In this document: positions 30,168 through 41,908 of the stretch, piece by piece
How the letters are laid out: every line of letters begins with the position of its first letter
Numbering within the stretch: the first letter of the stretch is position 1
Source: Flaccisagitta enflata
Taxonomy: Eukaryota
Direction: 5' to 3'
Assembly (NCBI GenBank): GCA_965153355.1
Contig: OZ231126.1
Span: 3,472,001-3,536,000 of the forward strand
DNA length: 64,000 nucleotides
Made by a program: the position numbers and the translations under genes
The notes under the pieces: generated by a model
What the model was told of the DNA's origin: nothing
Database searches by the model: none
Seen by the model: only the letters and a program-made list of their open reading frames with translations

Positions 30168-30759
30168 AAGAAATATGGAGAAAAAAGAAAAGAATATGAA
30201 AAGAGGCAGAAGAAGCATCAAAAAGAAGCAGCTATTCAACTTAATTGAAAGTTTTTCACAGAAATCAGCTTTCATGGCATAATCTGCGTCATAAAAGTTA
30301 GGTCCAATTGTTGTAACATATTAGCTTTATTGTTGTTGTTACATTCGGCGCTCGCTTAGGCGCTATTTCCGAAATTACGTGCTCGCGAGGGTTTTAGTTC
30401 ATAGGGAAACTTAATTTCAATTTATCCTCTATGGGAAATTGAGTTAGGGGGTTGAAATTTGCACAAATCAGTTTATAATTGGCCCATATACCAATATCTG
30501 GTCGTGTTTATAGACATTCTCATTGTTGGAGCAAAGGGATTTGGACTAATTTAAGCCTAATTTGCATGAAAAATGAGCTTACTTAAGAAAATCCAAGTAT
30601 GGATTCATATGTAAGAATAGGTAAGCTACATGATGACGAATGGTTTTGTTCAATATTCAAACATGTAAATTTGATGAATTTCATCCTGTCCATGTCGGGT
30701 TAGCATGACACAAGCCTGGTATGTCGATTCATACATAGTCTTTTGAAAATGCTCTTTGA

Positions 30760-30920
30760 TTAAATGACTGGATTGCAATAAATACGCGTGTCCAATTCCG
30801 TTCCGTTTTTGTCCAAAGCATTTGTGTCTAAATCAAATAGATGATGTTCAGGAGCATCTATGCCATCGATGGTCACATTACTACATCTGTACCTGCTATA
30901 CACAGGTGTTGTTAAGAAGC
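30760..30920 (-). pseudogene. Second degenerate or out-of-frame second-half Ig segment
   Basis: FLTTPVYSRYRCSNVTIDGIDAPEHHLFDL echoes GRYRC...PVHHLTV of the adjacent exon. I found no in-phase acceptor. Confidence 0.45.
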
Positions 30921-30948
30921 ATTATTGGTTCCATAACTGCATCCATAC

Positions 30949-31053
30949 CTGATACAGTCAGATGATGTACAGGAGTTTTCGTCGGGCCGTAATAGCATCT
31001 GTACCGGCCCGCATCAGACTTCAAATTCTCCAAGAAGTAGAAAACATATTCGA
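30949..31053 (-). CDS. Nested Ig gene 2, second half of the Ig domain (C-terminus uncertain)
   Basis: TCTTTTCTTAAG acceptor after a (TTCA)n tract. (V)EYVFYFLENLKSDAGRYRCYYGPTKTPVHHLTVS. Followed by donor GTATGG, or read-through to TAG at 30898-30896. Confidence 0.75.
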
Positions 31054-32270
31054 CTTAAGAAAAGATGAATGGATAAATGAATGAATGAATGAATGAATGA
31101 ATGAATGAATGAATGAATGAATGAATGAATGAATGAATGAATGAATGAATAAATGAATGAATGAATGAATGAATGAATGAATGAATGAATGAATAAAGGA
31201 ATGAAAGAATGAATGAATAATTGAATAAATGAATGAAAGAATGAATGAATAAATGAATGAATGAATGAATGAATGAATGAAAAAATGAATGAATGAATGA
31301 ATGAATGACTGAATGACTGAATGAATGACTCAATGAATGAATGAATGAATGAATGAATGAATGAATGAATGAATGAATGAATGATGAAAGTAACATGGGT
31401 CAGATCATTATTTATAAACGTTCGGTCAAAAAACTAAGATAAGATGAGGTGAAACTTCAGGACCGAACGACGGAATATAAGAGAATTTAGCATGTCATTC
31501 ACCCGTTTAAACTACAGTGAAACTGAAACCATGATAAGCAATGCAATCTCTCAATTTCTCAGTCAATACTTACGACACGCTTCTTTTGAGCGCGCAATTG
31601 TTTTACCAGTCAGGTTAAAATACTATATTTGTAGTTACCATTTACAATATTGATTTCTTGACCTGATTCTGAACAACTATTACAAGCTCAATACGCTTTT
31701 CAAATCCCCATTCAAGGCCAAAATACCTTTCATCAACAACACATGGATTACTTGAGATGACGTTATACTGAAAAAAAACTGATAAAATTCTTAAATTGGT
31801 CCCACGGAAAATTCTTAATCTGCTTCAAAATGAACTTTTTGGCATTTCCAAGAACATGGCTTCTTTCCTAGGCGGTGGGTCTGCCAAAACACAAACAGCT
31901 GTCTTAAGACGAGGGCCATGTTTTTAGTTTTTTTGAATTAGCTATTTTCTATGCAAATTAAGAGGCATATCTTGTGATAAAAGATAATTCTTAGGTGCGA
32001 AAATGCACCTCTATAACTTGCTGTGTCCGTTGGTTAGTCAGTCGGTCGGTCGGTCGGGTAACCCATTCGTTCGACGATCCACATGTCGCACCTTACTGGC
32101 CTACTTGGCCTTGTCTTCTGAAAAAGCTATCTTTAGGTGGGGCAAAGCACCTCTATAACTGGTTGTGTCCGTCGGTTGGTCGGTCGGTCGGTCGGGTAAC
32201 GCATTCATTCAACGATCCACATGTCGCACCTTATTGGCCTACTTTGCCTTGTTTCATTGCATATTGATAC

Positions 32271-32380
32271 ATTTCGTACTGTTAAAGTCGTCCCAACGAG
32301 AGTTCCATGCAAATTCTCAATGAGTATACTCGTCCATACGTTTTGGGTACATTGATGAGAGTGTTTGATCTATTTATCTA
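32271..32380 (-). pseudogene. Degenerate second-half Ig exon
   Basis: TTTTTCATTCAG acceptor 59 nt after the 32440 donor. Reads SNTLINVPKTYGRVYS, then after a frameshift at the expected Cys codon ENLHGTLVGTTLTVRN. An early TAG is present. Confidence 0.55.
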
Positions 32381-32439
32381 CTGAATGAAAAACTGGCTGC
32401 GACAGTGAAAATCGTGAATTGCCGCAGAGCTTGTCTTAC

Positions 32440-32597
32440 CGCCATTTATTGTCTTCACTCGCCAAGCCTTGAGTCTGTCCGGCGTATCAGGACGTCGGCC
32501 TTCACCGTAGGCAAGGGAAATCCATTCCTTCCGGCCTTCCGGCTGGAACTCGAAAATCGGCGTCCACGGTTTCAAAGGACACAACAAGAATGGGATG
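32440..32597 (-). CDS. Nested Ig gene 2, first half of the V-type Ig domain
   Basis: (S)IPFLLCPLKPWTPIFEFQPEGRKEWISLAYGEGRRPDTPDRLKAWRVKTING is clearly paralogous to gene 1 exon 1 (FLLCP, AYG, RP..DRLK). Phase-1 donor GTAAGA. Confidence 0.75.
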
Positions 32598-33423
32598 CTA
32601 ATGATTTAAAAGTACAGTCAAAATAATTTTGATCATTTGAGTGACTGTTGTTCTTATGTTATGTTATGGAGGCATATATTCCTCTGTTCTCTCTTCCCCC
32701 TTTCCCATTTTATCTCTCTCTGAAGTACTGCAGTCACTGCAGTACAGTGTAAATTATAAGGAAATTCCCATGCAATTTTGCTCCACGTTGTATCATACAA
32801 GTCAAGACCGACTGACCTACTTACAAGATGTATAGAATTGTTTTCGTATGTTACATTACACACTGCAGAAAACGTCTGATCTCTGAAACGAGGTTTTATA
32901 GTATTTAAACTGCATCTTCATATTTTCTTTCAGAAATGGATTTTTAGTCGCGTGCTACGCGACTCTACAACCCGCTTTGTCGGTCCGTCCGTCGGTCGGT
33001 CCGTCTGTCCGTCACACTTTACTTTTTTTGGGTTTTTGCGGTTTTTGGCCTCACTGCTCCTGCCCAAATGATGGAGTGACCTCAATTATGGCCCCTGCCC
33101 ACCCGCACGCGACTGGGGTAGCCGTGTATCCGGCCTTGTTTTTTATTTCAGAGGAAACCAAAAGTACTAGTTTTCTTTTTGCATTTATCAACGTGAAAGA
33201 TATCTTTTAGAGGGAATAAAAATGATTGTTTTAAGTCAACCAGATAACTTTATACTTTATACCTTATACTTTATACTTCATAAGCTTTCCTACAGGTTTG
33301 TTTTGATTGTGAATATGAGTTTTTACTCTGAGACGATCAATAGTTATTACAGATGATTTCAAGCAACAAACATTTTGATGCAGATGACACTGCGAATATC
33401 TATTCAAAACGAATTAGAATTAC

Positions 33424-33548
33424 CTTTGTCCAATTTGTTCAACTTGACTTGTTCCTGATGGCCGTGCATCAATCGAAGTCAGATAAGAAAACGAAATGCA
33501 GAACAGCATCAAAAAATGCAGCCGGGATGTAAAGTGCGCACCCATCAT
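33424..33548 (-). CDS. Nested Ig gene 2, signal-peptide exon
   Basis: MMGAHFTSRLHFLMLFCISFSYLTSIDARPSGTSQVEQIGQ has a hydrophobic core and an IDA cleavage-like site. Phase-2 donor GTAATT matches the acceptor at 32598. Confidence 0.72.
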
Positions 33549-34145
33549 CCCTGAATATATGTTTCTTTTAAAGCTGAATGTCTTTTTAAAAAAAAGCTTG
33601 AAATTAGTTAGGACTCGGACTCGGGTTAGGTTATGGTTGTCTTAAATACTAAATCGCGGAACAAGGCCGTAGATGGCGACATGATGAGTGAACACATGCT
33701 TTAATAAGGTCGCCCAAAGGCAATATGTGATCAGCGATACCCGTTGCCCTGCTTTGTATGATTGTAAATTGGAGTGAGAAGGAAACAGGGCAGCGGCCCT
33801 GAAGGGGATCAAGTCCTGTACAATACCGGGAAACTTGTTCATTCCTTTGTCTGACTGTCCCTGCGTTTGTCCGTCCATCCGTCCTTTCCAGGCCCTCTCA
33901 GGCCTGAAATCAACCCTCTCAGGCCTGAAATCTATCCTATCAGGCCTGAAATCAGCCCTCTCAGGCCTTGAATCTGTGAGGGCAGATTTAAGATCTGAGA
34001 GGACAGATTTCAGGACTGAGAGGGCCTGGGGAGGACAGACAAACGGATGAACAAACTAACGAATGAACAAAAAACAAAAGTTCCCCTGTGTTCTACAGGA
34101 CTTAGTTCCCTTTGAGGCCGCTGCCCAAAAACCAAAATATACCTA

Positions 34146-34747
34146 CAGTGGGGTTCGTGGAATAACAGCCTAAACTGGAGGAAGGTATTTAGGTGTCTTA
34201 ATATCATTTGACAAACTTGATATTTGAAATATAAGTTGTTCACTTGATACTTTTGTCTATGAGTTTTTTGGTTGCTATGGAAACCAAAATCATTTTTTTG
34301 AACATTTATAACAACTAGAATATCAATATTTTGACAAATATTATCAGGGAACATTGCTCAGATTTAAATTTGCTACAACTTTCCCACAGTATGTCCTGTA
34401 AGAATATTGCTCGTTTAGCCGTTGCTAGGGAGCATCATTTAGCGGTTGCTAGGTGTGATGCCCCCTAGCAACGGCCAAACGAGCAATATTCTTACAGAAC
34501 ATACTGTCGGAAAGTTGTAGCAAATTTAATTTTGAGCAATGTTCCATGACAATATTTCTCAGAATATTGATATTTTAGTGGTTATAAATGTTCAAAAAAA
34601 TAATTTTGGTTTCCATAGCAACCAAAAAACTCAGGGACAAAAGCATCAAGTGAACAACTTATATTTCAAATATCAAGTTTGTCAAATGAAATTAAGTCAC
34701 TTAAATACCTTCCTCCAGTTTAGGCTGTTATTCCACGAACCCCACTG
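34146..34747. mobile_element. Foldback MITE (near-complete 602-bp palindrome), TA target duplication
   Basis: TA|CAGTGGGGTTCGTGGAATAACAGCC ... GGCTGTTATTCCACGAACCCCACTG|TA, with arms of about 290 bp. Confidence 0.9.
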
Positions 34748-37207
34748 TAACAATAAAGTGAGCAAAGAGCAGAGTGGGCCCAGAGATGGACTATTCCCCC
34801 TGCATTTCCATCTACAGGTACGTATGCAGAAACACAGTCGCTGTGTGGTCAGGAATACGTCTCTCCTTCATCTACAGTTTTGTTTTCAAGCGATACTTCA
34901 AACAGGGAAGTTTCATTTTTGATCTTTTCCTCGTGGGTTAGAATAGTAATAAGCAAAGTAGGTACAGTCTCACTTTTTAATATTTAGACATTTTAATGTT
35001 TTCAACTTATCATCGAGGCCTTGCCTCATTGGGGTCGGTATTTGGTTTTTTATTTCTGGGTTATTTTGGAAGGATCGAATGACGATGCTCCTATGATCTA
35101 AGTATATGTTGTCAATATTAGTGTTTAATCTAGCGTGGTTGTTTGGCAACAGAGTTCTTTCTTTTTTCCGTCAAATTTTTCACAAGTCTTTATTTGTTCA
35201 TGATAATAATTCATATTGCCATTGTCTCACTCTTCTCTATATACTCCCTTTTTTTTTTTTTTCTTTTTAAGAACGTCATTTTTTGGGCAGGCCTTCAATG
35301 TTCTTAAATTTTGAGCAGTTTCAAGGCTTGAATGTTCTTAAATTGTTCTTAATTTAAACGCACTTTTTAACCTTCAATTAAGAACGTTCTTAATTAATTT
35401 AAGTTTGTCCTTTTGAGAAAATGAAGAAAATGTCAGTGAAACAACGAAGCAACAGGTTTTACCATTTTAAGTAAATTTAAATCAATGTAAGTAGAAAGGT
35501 ACACGCTATATAAAGTGAAAGAAAAGATACAGAGTCTGTCTATTTACAAAAACAATCGATTAAAATAGCTCCCAAAAAAAATGTTCTTAAATTTTTTAGA
35601 TCTTAAGCCTAATGTTCTTAAATTTTTGAAGAGATGGAGCCTTCCTATCTTCTTAGCATGTTCTTGAATTTTTAGCGATTTGAAGCCTATTGTTCTTATA
35701 AACTTAGTTCTTATAAAAGTGTAAACAACACCTTTTTTTTTTCATGTTTTGGAGCAAGATCCTTGAAATTTATTAACGGAGTTCCCCCCCTTCAATATCG
35801 TTTAGCTCCATCATTTGTTTGTATTTCGCTGTAGTATTGGACACTAGGCTGATAATTTTAACTGTTACCTGGTCCTGCCATGCATATGTTACGAGTCTAT
35901 CACGCAATGGACCTCACCGCTTTGTTTATTTTCTTGATTGCTTTACATAAATTCCGCAGGCGCCATAAGAGCATTCTGGGCATGCCCTTATTCAGCAGGG
36001 TAACAGGGGCCCATGTTATGGCCTCATTGAAGCCCCGAGATTCCTGATACTCATTGTCAATCGAAGGTGTCTGCCTTCACCTGTTCGACAGAGCGCTCTA
36101 TTTAGAGAGGCGTCTATTCTACGATTAAGAAATGCGCTTGTACTGTAGTTCCGGGTGTTGCGAAGCTTTTGCAAAGTGAATTAGCGGGCCATGGTGGTCT
36201 GTCAATCTTCCGGCGCCACAATGCCTCAATGCAGCCTCCAGAGATACTGTCAGTTCTGACGCTGAGGGTAGTCGGTAATGATCAGTGTGGCTCGGCTTGT
36301 AGCAGCCACAGTGGGAGTTTGATGCAGGCTGTTTAGGCTGCTCAGCCAGTGCTGCAGGTGCAGTAAGTTGAACCAATGCAGGGGTCAGTGCGGCAGAGGT
36401 GGCGGCCGTCGTGACTTGCAAGACATGGACAATACTACAGATAAATGAATCTCCAGTGATACCTTGATGCGTGAGTTTGCTTCTTTCCCTAATGAGTACT
36501 CTTCAATCTTTTATTTTTGCTAGGCCTTTTTGCTTGTGATCATATTTTGTATTTTTGACTTCTCCAGTATATATTCTTTTGTTTATCTTTATCTTTAAGT
36601 TTTGCCGTATGCAATTCAAATTATCGATTAACTTTGAGCCAATCATAGTTTTGAGTAGATCTATGACTTTATCATGATTTCTTTTTTTTTTTCTTTCCTT
36701 TGTTTGTCCCCCTTTTCTTACTCTATTTCTTTCTGGCTTTCATGAACGCATTATAAGGTAGCTGGGTGTACATTGTGTCGGAGGTGCTTGGGTTTCGCCT
36801 AGGCGGTGATCTGTTTTGTTTGAGTCTTGCTGAGGTTATTGTTGGGGTTTTGACTGTTTGTTGTGTCTTGGGTTTGTTTTGTTTGTTTGTTTTGTTTCTA
36901 GGGTCATACCTGGTGTGTTAAGTTTGGGTTTCGATGTTAGAGCTTAGCAATATTATAATGTTTCTTTCAGTTTTGGAAATAGTGGTAACTATGCTTTGGG
37001 TTTTTGTTAGGATTTGGGGTTCCTAGTTTTAGGCCTGTATGTGGGTTTTAAGGATATCCTCAGCTGCAGAGGTGTTGGGCCAAGCTTAGCAGATCTGCGT
37101 CAGTTTAATTTGTTGGGCGCTGCCCAGCGGTCATTTTCAATGGCTTTATTTTACTCTCGGGCGCAGCTCGGCAGTGACATGGCACAATTAGTGTGGTTTT
37201 GTGACTC

Positions 37208-37924
37208 GAGATGGCTTCTTGTTCTAGTCGGGCAAAGCCTGGCGGCATCTCCTGCTGGTTATCTAATGGGTTGAGATGGCTCCTTATTATAGTCGGGCAA
37301 AGCCTGGCGGCATCTCTTGCTAATTATCTAATGGATTGAGATGGCTTCTTGCTATAGTCGGGCAACGCCTGGCGGCATCTCCTGCTACTTATTTAATGGG
37401 TTGAGATGGCTCATTGTTATAGTCGGGCAAAGCCTGGCGGCATCTCTTGCTAGTTATCTAATGGATTGAGATGGCTCCTTGTTATAGTCGGGCAACGCCT
37501 GGCGGCATCTCCTGCTAGTTGTTTAATTGGTTGAGATGGCCCCTTGTTATAGTCGGGTAAAGTCTGGCGGCATCTCTTGCTAGTTATCTAATGGATTGAG
37601 ATGGCTTCTTGCTATAGTCGGGCAACGCCTGGCGGCATCTCCTGCGAGTTATCTAATGGGTTGAGATGGCTCCTTGTTATAGTCAGGCAAAGCCTGGCGG
37701 CATCTCTTGCTAGTTATCTAATGGATTGAGATGGCTCCTTGATATAGTCGGGCAAAGCCTGGCGGCATCTCATGCTAGTTATCCAATGGATTGAGATGGC
37801 TCCTTGTTATAGTCGGGCAAAGCCTGGCGGCATCTCTTGCTAGTTATCTAATGGATTGAGATGGCTCCTTGTTATAGTCGGGCAACGCCTGGCGGCATCT
37901 CCTGCTAGTTATCTGATGGGTTGA
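37208..37924 (+). repeat. 65-bp tandem repeat, 11 copies
   Basis: GAGATGGCTCCTTGTTATAGTCGGGCAAAGCCTGGCGGCATCTCTTGCTAGTTATCTAATGGATT at an exact 65-bp period. Confidence 0.95.
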
Positions 37925-39179
37925 GTTTACAAGTCTAGTGACAATTTGTCTTAGTTGGGAGTTAGTGCTCCAGGAGGTCCTGTGACGTTATCACCAATAT
38001 GTTATATGGAATAGTGATGCCTGAGGTTGGCATCAGTTAGATTTTTCATTGGAAATATGCGCTTACGAATCATCCAGTTTGTGCAGCTTTGTCAGTGATA
38101 TGCTCCAATTGCTGCCCAAGTTCCTATTTATGTCCTAGCTAAGTTGGAAATGCTTTTTGTTGCAGTTTGTTCCTCTCTTGCGAGCTGCTGAGTACATGGA
38201 ACCTGCTTTCATTGTGCATTATCAAATTCAATCTGAATCATACTGCTGAGAGATTATAGATTTAGCTGTCCCACGGACATTCACATCTTTTTAACTTGTT
38301 CACATGTTTCCGTTATTGTTTTTACATTCATCTTTACAATCGCTCTGACATTTTTATCATGCTGACTGGATTCTGTGAGCTTTCGGCTTTTCTGCTCTCA
38401 GTTTTGCCACCTTTTAGATTCCTGTTTAGCGTATAATCATGATTGCCTAAATCGGCACGGTTTTGGTGCCAAAGGTATTTTAAATGTTCATTTACGTTTG
38501 TCCAAACGTTGCTTCTTGTGTTTGGAGTGCCCTAATGCATAGGTAACTGATATATTTTCCAATTCCTTGTTGGAATGGGTATCCCCCTGCCATTATCGCT
38601 CGCGGTTGTCTGCCTATGTCACTGCCAATATGTAATAGTTAAATGTTAGTGGGTTGTGACCCCAGCTGCAGGGTATGAAGTTGGAATTTCTTGTAATTGT
38701 GTTTTGAGCACTTCCCCATTTGGCCCTTCTTGCATAATGCACTTTTTATTGTATCTTTGCCTCGGTCTATTTAGTCAACGGCCTATTGTTTATGCTCTCT
38801 TACCCTGCCTCACCTTTAGGCCTCTCCATGGTAATTTAATTGTAAATATCTATCTTACAGGGCAGTTTGAATGGAATCTTTTTTCCTATGGGCTTCATTA
38901 TCATGATCTTTTATTTTTATTGAAGGCTCAATGTGCCCTAGCATTCTTGATTCGCATATTCTTGCCATTCTTCTTGGGTTGGGGCATCCTTATTAGTTAT
39001 TACATTTGTTTACTCTGCTCATTCACATATCTGTGAGGCTTTTCTGATCATATCTATGTGACAATGCCCTTATATTTTCATATTGTAGATTTAATCCATA
39101 TTTTCATTTTGTGGATTTGATCCATTTCCCCACAATTATGCTTATGTATCATAAGTTTAAATCTAGGGACACGTTATTC

Positions 39180-39810
39180 ATTTGTGACATTTTCATCCTT
39201 ATTAATTGGAAGTTTCATTGCTTGGCACATATGACATATTGGTTTTGCGACATGAAATTTTAAAGCCTTGCGCATAAATGATGAGTAAAACATTTTGGTC
39301 CCAATGAATTTCGAGTAAGAAGCCTCACACATTTGTGGTATGTCTGACATTTTGATCCCTACAGTAATTTTTCAAGCTTAGTGCATGTGTGACATGTGTT
39401 ACATTTTGGTCCCTATTAGTGTTGAGTTTTCAACATAGTTTGTGCATGGCATGCAAGCCATTTTAGTTCCTTAAAATTACGAGTTTAAAAGCTGAGCACA
39501 TGTGTGACATGTGTGATGCTTGGTCCCTACAACATACTAGTCTTGTTGCTAAGCACATGTATGACATGCGATACATTTTGGTCCCTATGAATATTGTGTT
39601 CAGAGGCTTAAACATATTTGGCGTGTTTGACATTTTGGTCCCTGTGATTCAAGTTTTAAAGCATAGCACATGCGTGGCATGTGTTACATTGTGGTCCCTG
39701 AACATACAAATTGAATGGCTTGACACATGTGTAACATGCGAGACATTGTCCCTATGGATTTCCAGCTTGGCACATGTCAGCGACATTGTCACGCATGATA
39801 TTTTGTCCTT
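39180..39810 (+). repeat. Degenerate ~55-bp tandem repeat (CACATGTGTGACATG...ACATTTTGGTCCC)
   Basis: ACATTTTGGTCCC-like motif recurs about 10 times. Confidence 0.65.
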
Positions 39811-41467
39811 ATAAAATGTTATTTGTTGGGCTTAGTAGTAGAATATACAATCAAGGGTAGTTACAAATCTGGCTGATTATTGGATTGCAATCGAAATACA
39901 TGCTTTTGGTCCAATACAGATCGTCTATTTGGTCCAAATTAGCTACATTTGCCCAGTCTGAGATATGGGTGAGTGTTGGGTGTGGTTTGGTAATGGGGTT
40001 ATGTTGGTCTGTGGCCGTTCCATGTTGGGCTTAGGCTTTGGTGACCATCATCCCCAATACTTAACCAGGTACGTAGATGTAATGTAGGGGTATATGTATA
40101 GTTAGGCGGACTGCATTTAATGCAGGAGGCATATTATACTATTCCCCCTGCATTTCCATCTACAGGTACGTATGCAGAAACACAGGCGAATCTGTGTTCG
40201 GGAGGAGAAGTAGTCGCGCATTCAGATATTAGGTTATGGTTAGAAACAGATTGAGAGCCATTATTCCGGCTGTTAGAATTAGTTTGCTAATTCTTTCCTT
40301 TTCTCTTTCTCTTTCTCTTTGCATATGCTCCGGTTTCGCGACGAATTGGCGATTACGGCGATCCTCAATTTTGATCCCCCCGCCATCCCCTCCACCACCA
40401 TGGGGTTTTCATCATCTGCCGTCCGACTCCATGGGGCTTGGCTTTGGTGACCATCATCCCCAATACTTAACCAGGTACGTAGATGTAATGTAGGGGTATA
40501 TGTATAGTTAGGCGGACTGCATTTAATGCAGGAGGCATATTATACTATTTTTTTCATTTTTTGTGATGTCCATAACTATGGGCAACACAAAAATGCATTA
40601 TCATTGTCCAGAATTATTTGAGAATAAAACAATTTATCATAAAAAAAGAATCTAGGTATGAAAAATAATCTTCATTTGTCCTTTCCTGTTTCAATACTTT
40701 AAGATTTTAAAAATAGATACTGTATCAATTTTTTGAAAAATGAAAAATATCATTTTTGATATTTTTTTAAGAATCATAAATCATTAAAAGATGACATAAA
40801 AAAATTGATGAGTGAGGCACGTAAGATCTAAATAAGGCCCAAAAAATTTTCTTTTTGAAGTTGATTTTAGATACACTCAAGTAAGAAGGGGCAGTTAGAG
40901 TTGAAAACCACAAAAGTCCGATTCTACCTTGAGTGGTTTGGGAGCTTACTGCCCTCATTTTAAAATGAGGATTCGGCCTTTACTAAAGTGAAGTTAGGAC
41001 CCTACTGAAGAATCTTCGAAACTTCGACTTTTTTCCAAATAATTATATTTGACTCCTTCCAATTAATGCATTCTGCAAAAGTTTTTCTTATGAAAAATCC
41101 AAATCCATTTCTATCTCCTAATGGAGCGAGGACGCAACAAGATTGAAAAGAAATTGAAAACGTTAACGATTGTTTGGTGAAAGGGAGAGGCCAGAGGGGA
41201 GAGGCACTACAATTGCAAATATACGTCTCTGATCTAGAGAGGAAGAAAGAAAGAAAAAAAAAGACAGAAAGAGAGAAAGAAAGAAAGAAAGAAAGAGAAA
41301 TGGAGAGAAAGAAAGAAAGAAAGAAACAAAGAAACAAAGAAACAAAGAAACAAAGAAACAAAGAAAGAAAAAGAAATAGAGAGAAAGAACGAAAGAAAGG
41401 AAGGAAGAAAGAAAGAATGAAGGAAGGAAGGAAGGAAGGAAAGAAAGAAAGAAAAAAGGGAAAGAAA

Positions 41468-41551
<84 letters not shown>

Positions 41552-41908
41552 AATGGAGCTTGTGCTGAAGTCAACACTTGTCACTGGGTCAGAACAAATG
41601 ACAATAAGATCTTGACAATCCAGAGATTTTTAGTCGCGGTCACGCGACTCTTCACCTTGCCGTGTCGGTCGGTCCGAAGTATCGTTGAATTGCGAGCGGT
41701 TTTTGCATTACTGCTCCTGCCAAACCGTCCGCGACCGGATTGTCGTGTATCCGGCCTTGTTTTAAGATTATGCTGCAGATTTCTGTGGATCGCAAATTCA
41801 GACGGACCTACCTACCTTCCTCGTGACAAACCCTCTTACAGAGATGCGTGATCGCATTCATAAAAAATGTTGACACTGCGAAAACAAGGAAAAATCGCTC
41901 TCTTACAG

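Larger units (their letters stand above)
34791..40549 (+). mobile_element. 5.8-kb non-coding composite element with A...B-A...B terminal repeats
   Basis: A (47 bp, CTATTCCCCCTGCATTTCC...AAACACAG) at 34791 and 40139; B (~110 bp ending CATATTATACTATT) at ~40034-40143 and ~40440-40549. Confidence 0.65.

Noticed and set aside
27891-34747. Two TA-flanked MITEs that are both 602 bp long
   Set aside because: Their sequences are unrelated beyond the terminal CAG; treated as coincidence.
36125-36421. 98-aa minus-strand ORF with a CGCYKPSH motif as a gag zinc knuckle
   Set aside because: It does not fit CX2CX4HX4C, and no RT or integrase remnant is recognisable nearby.
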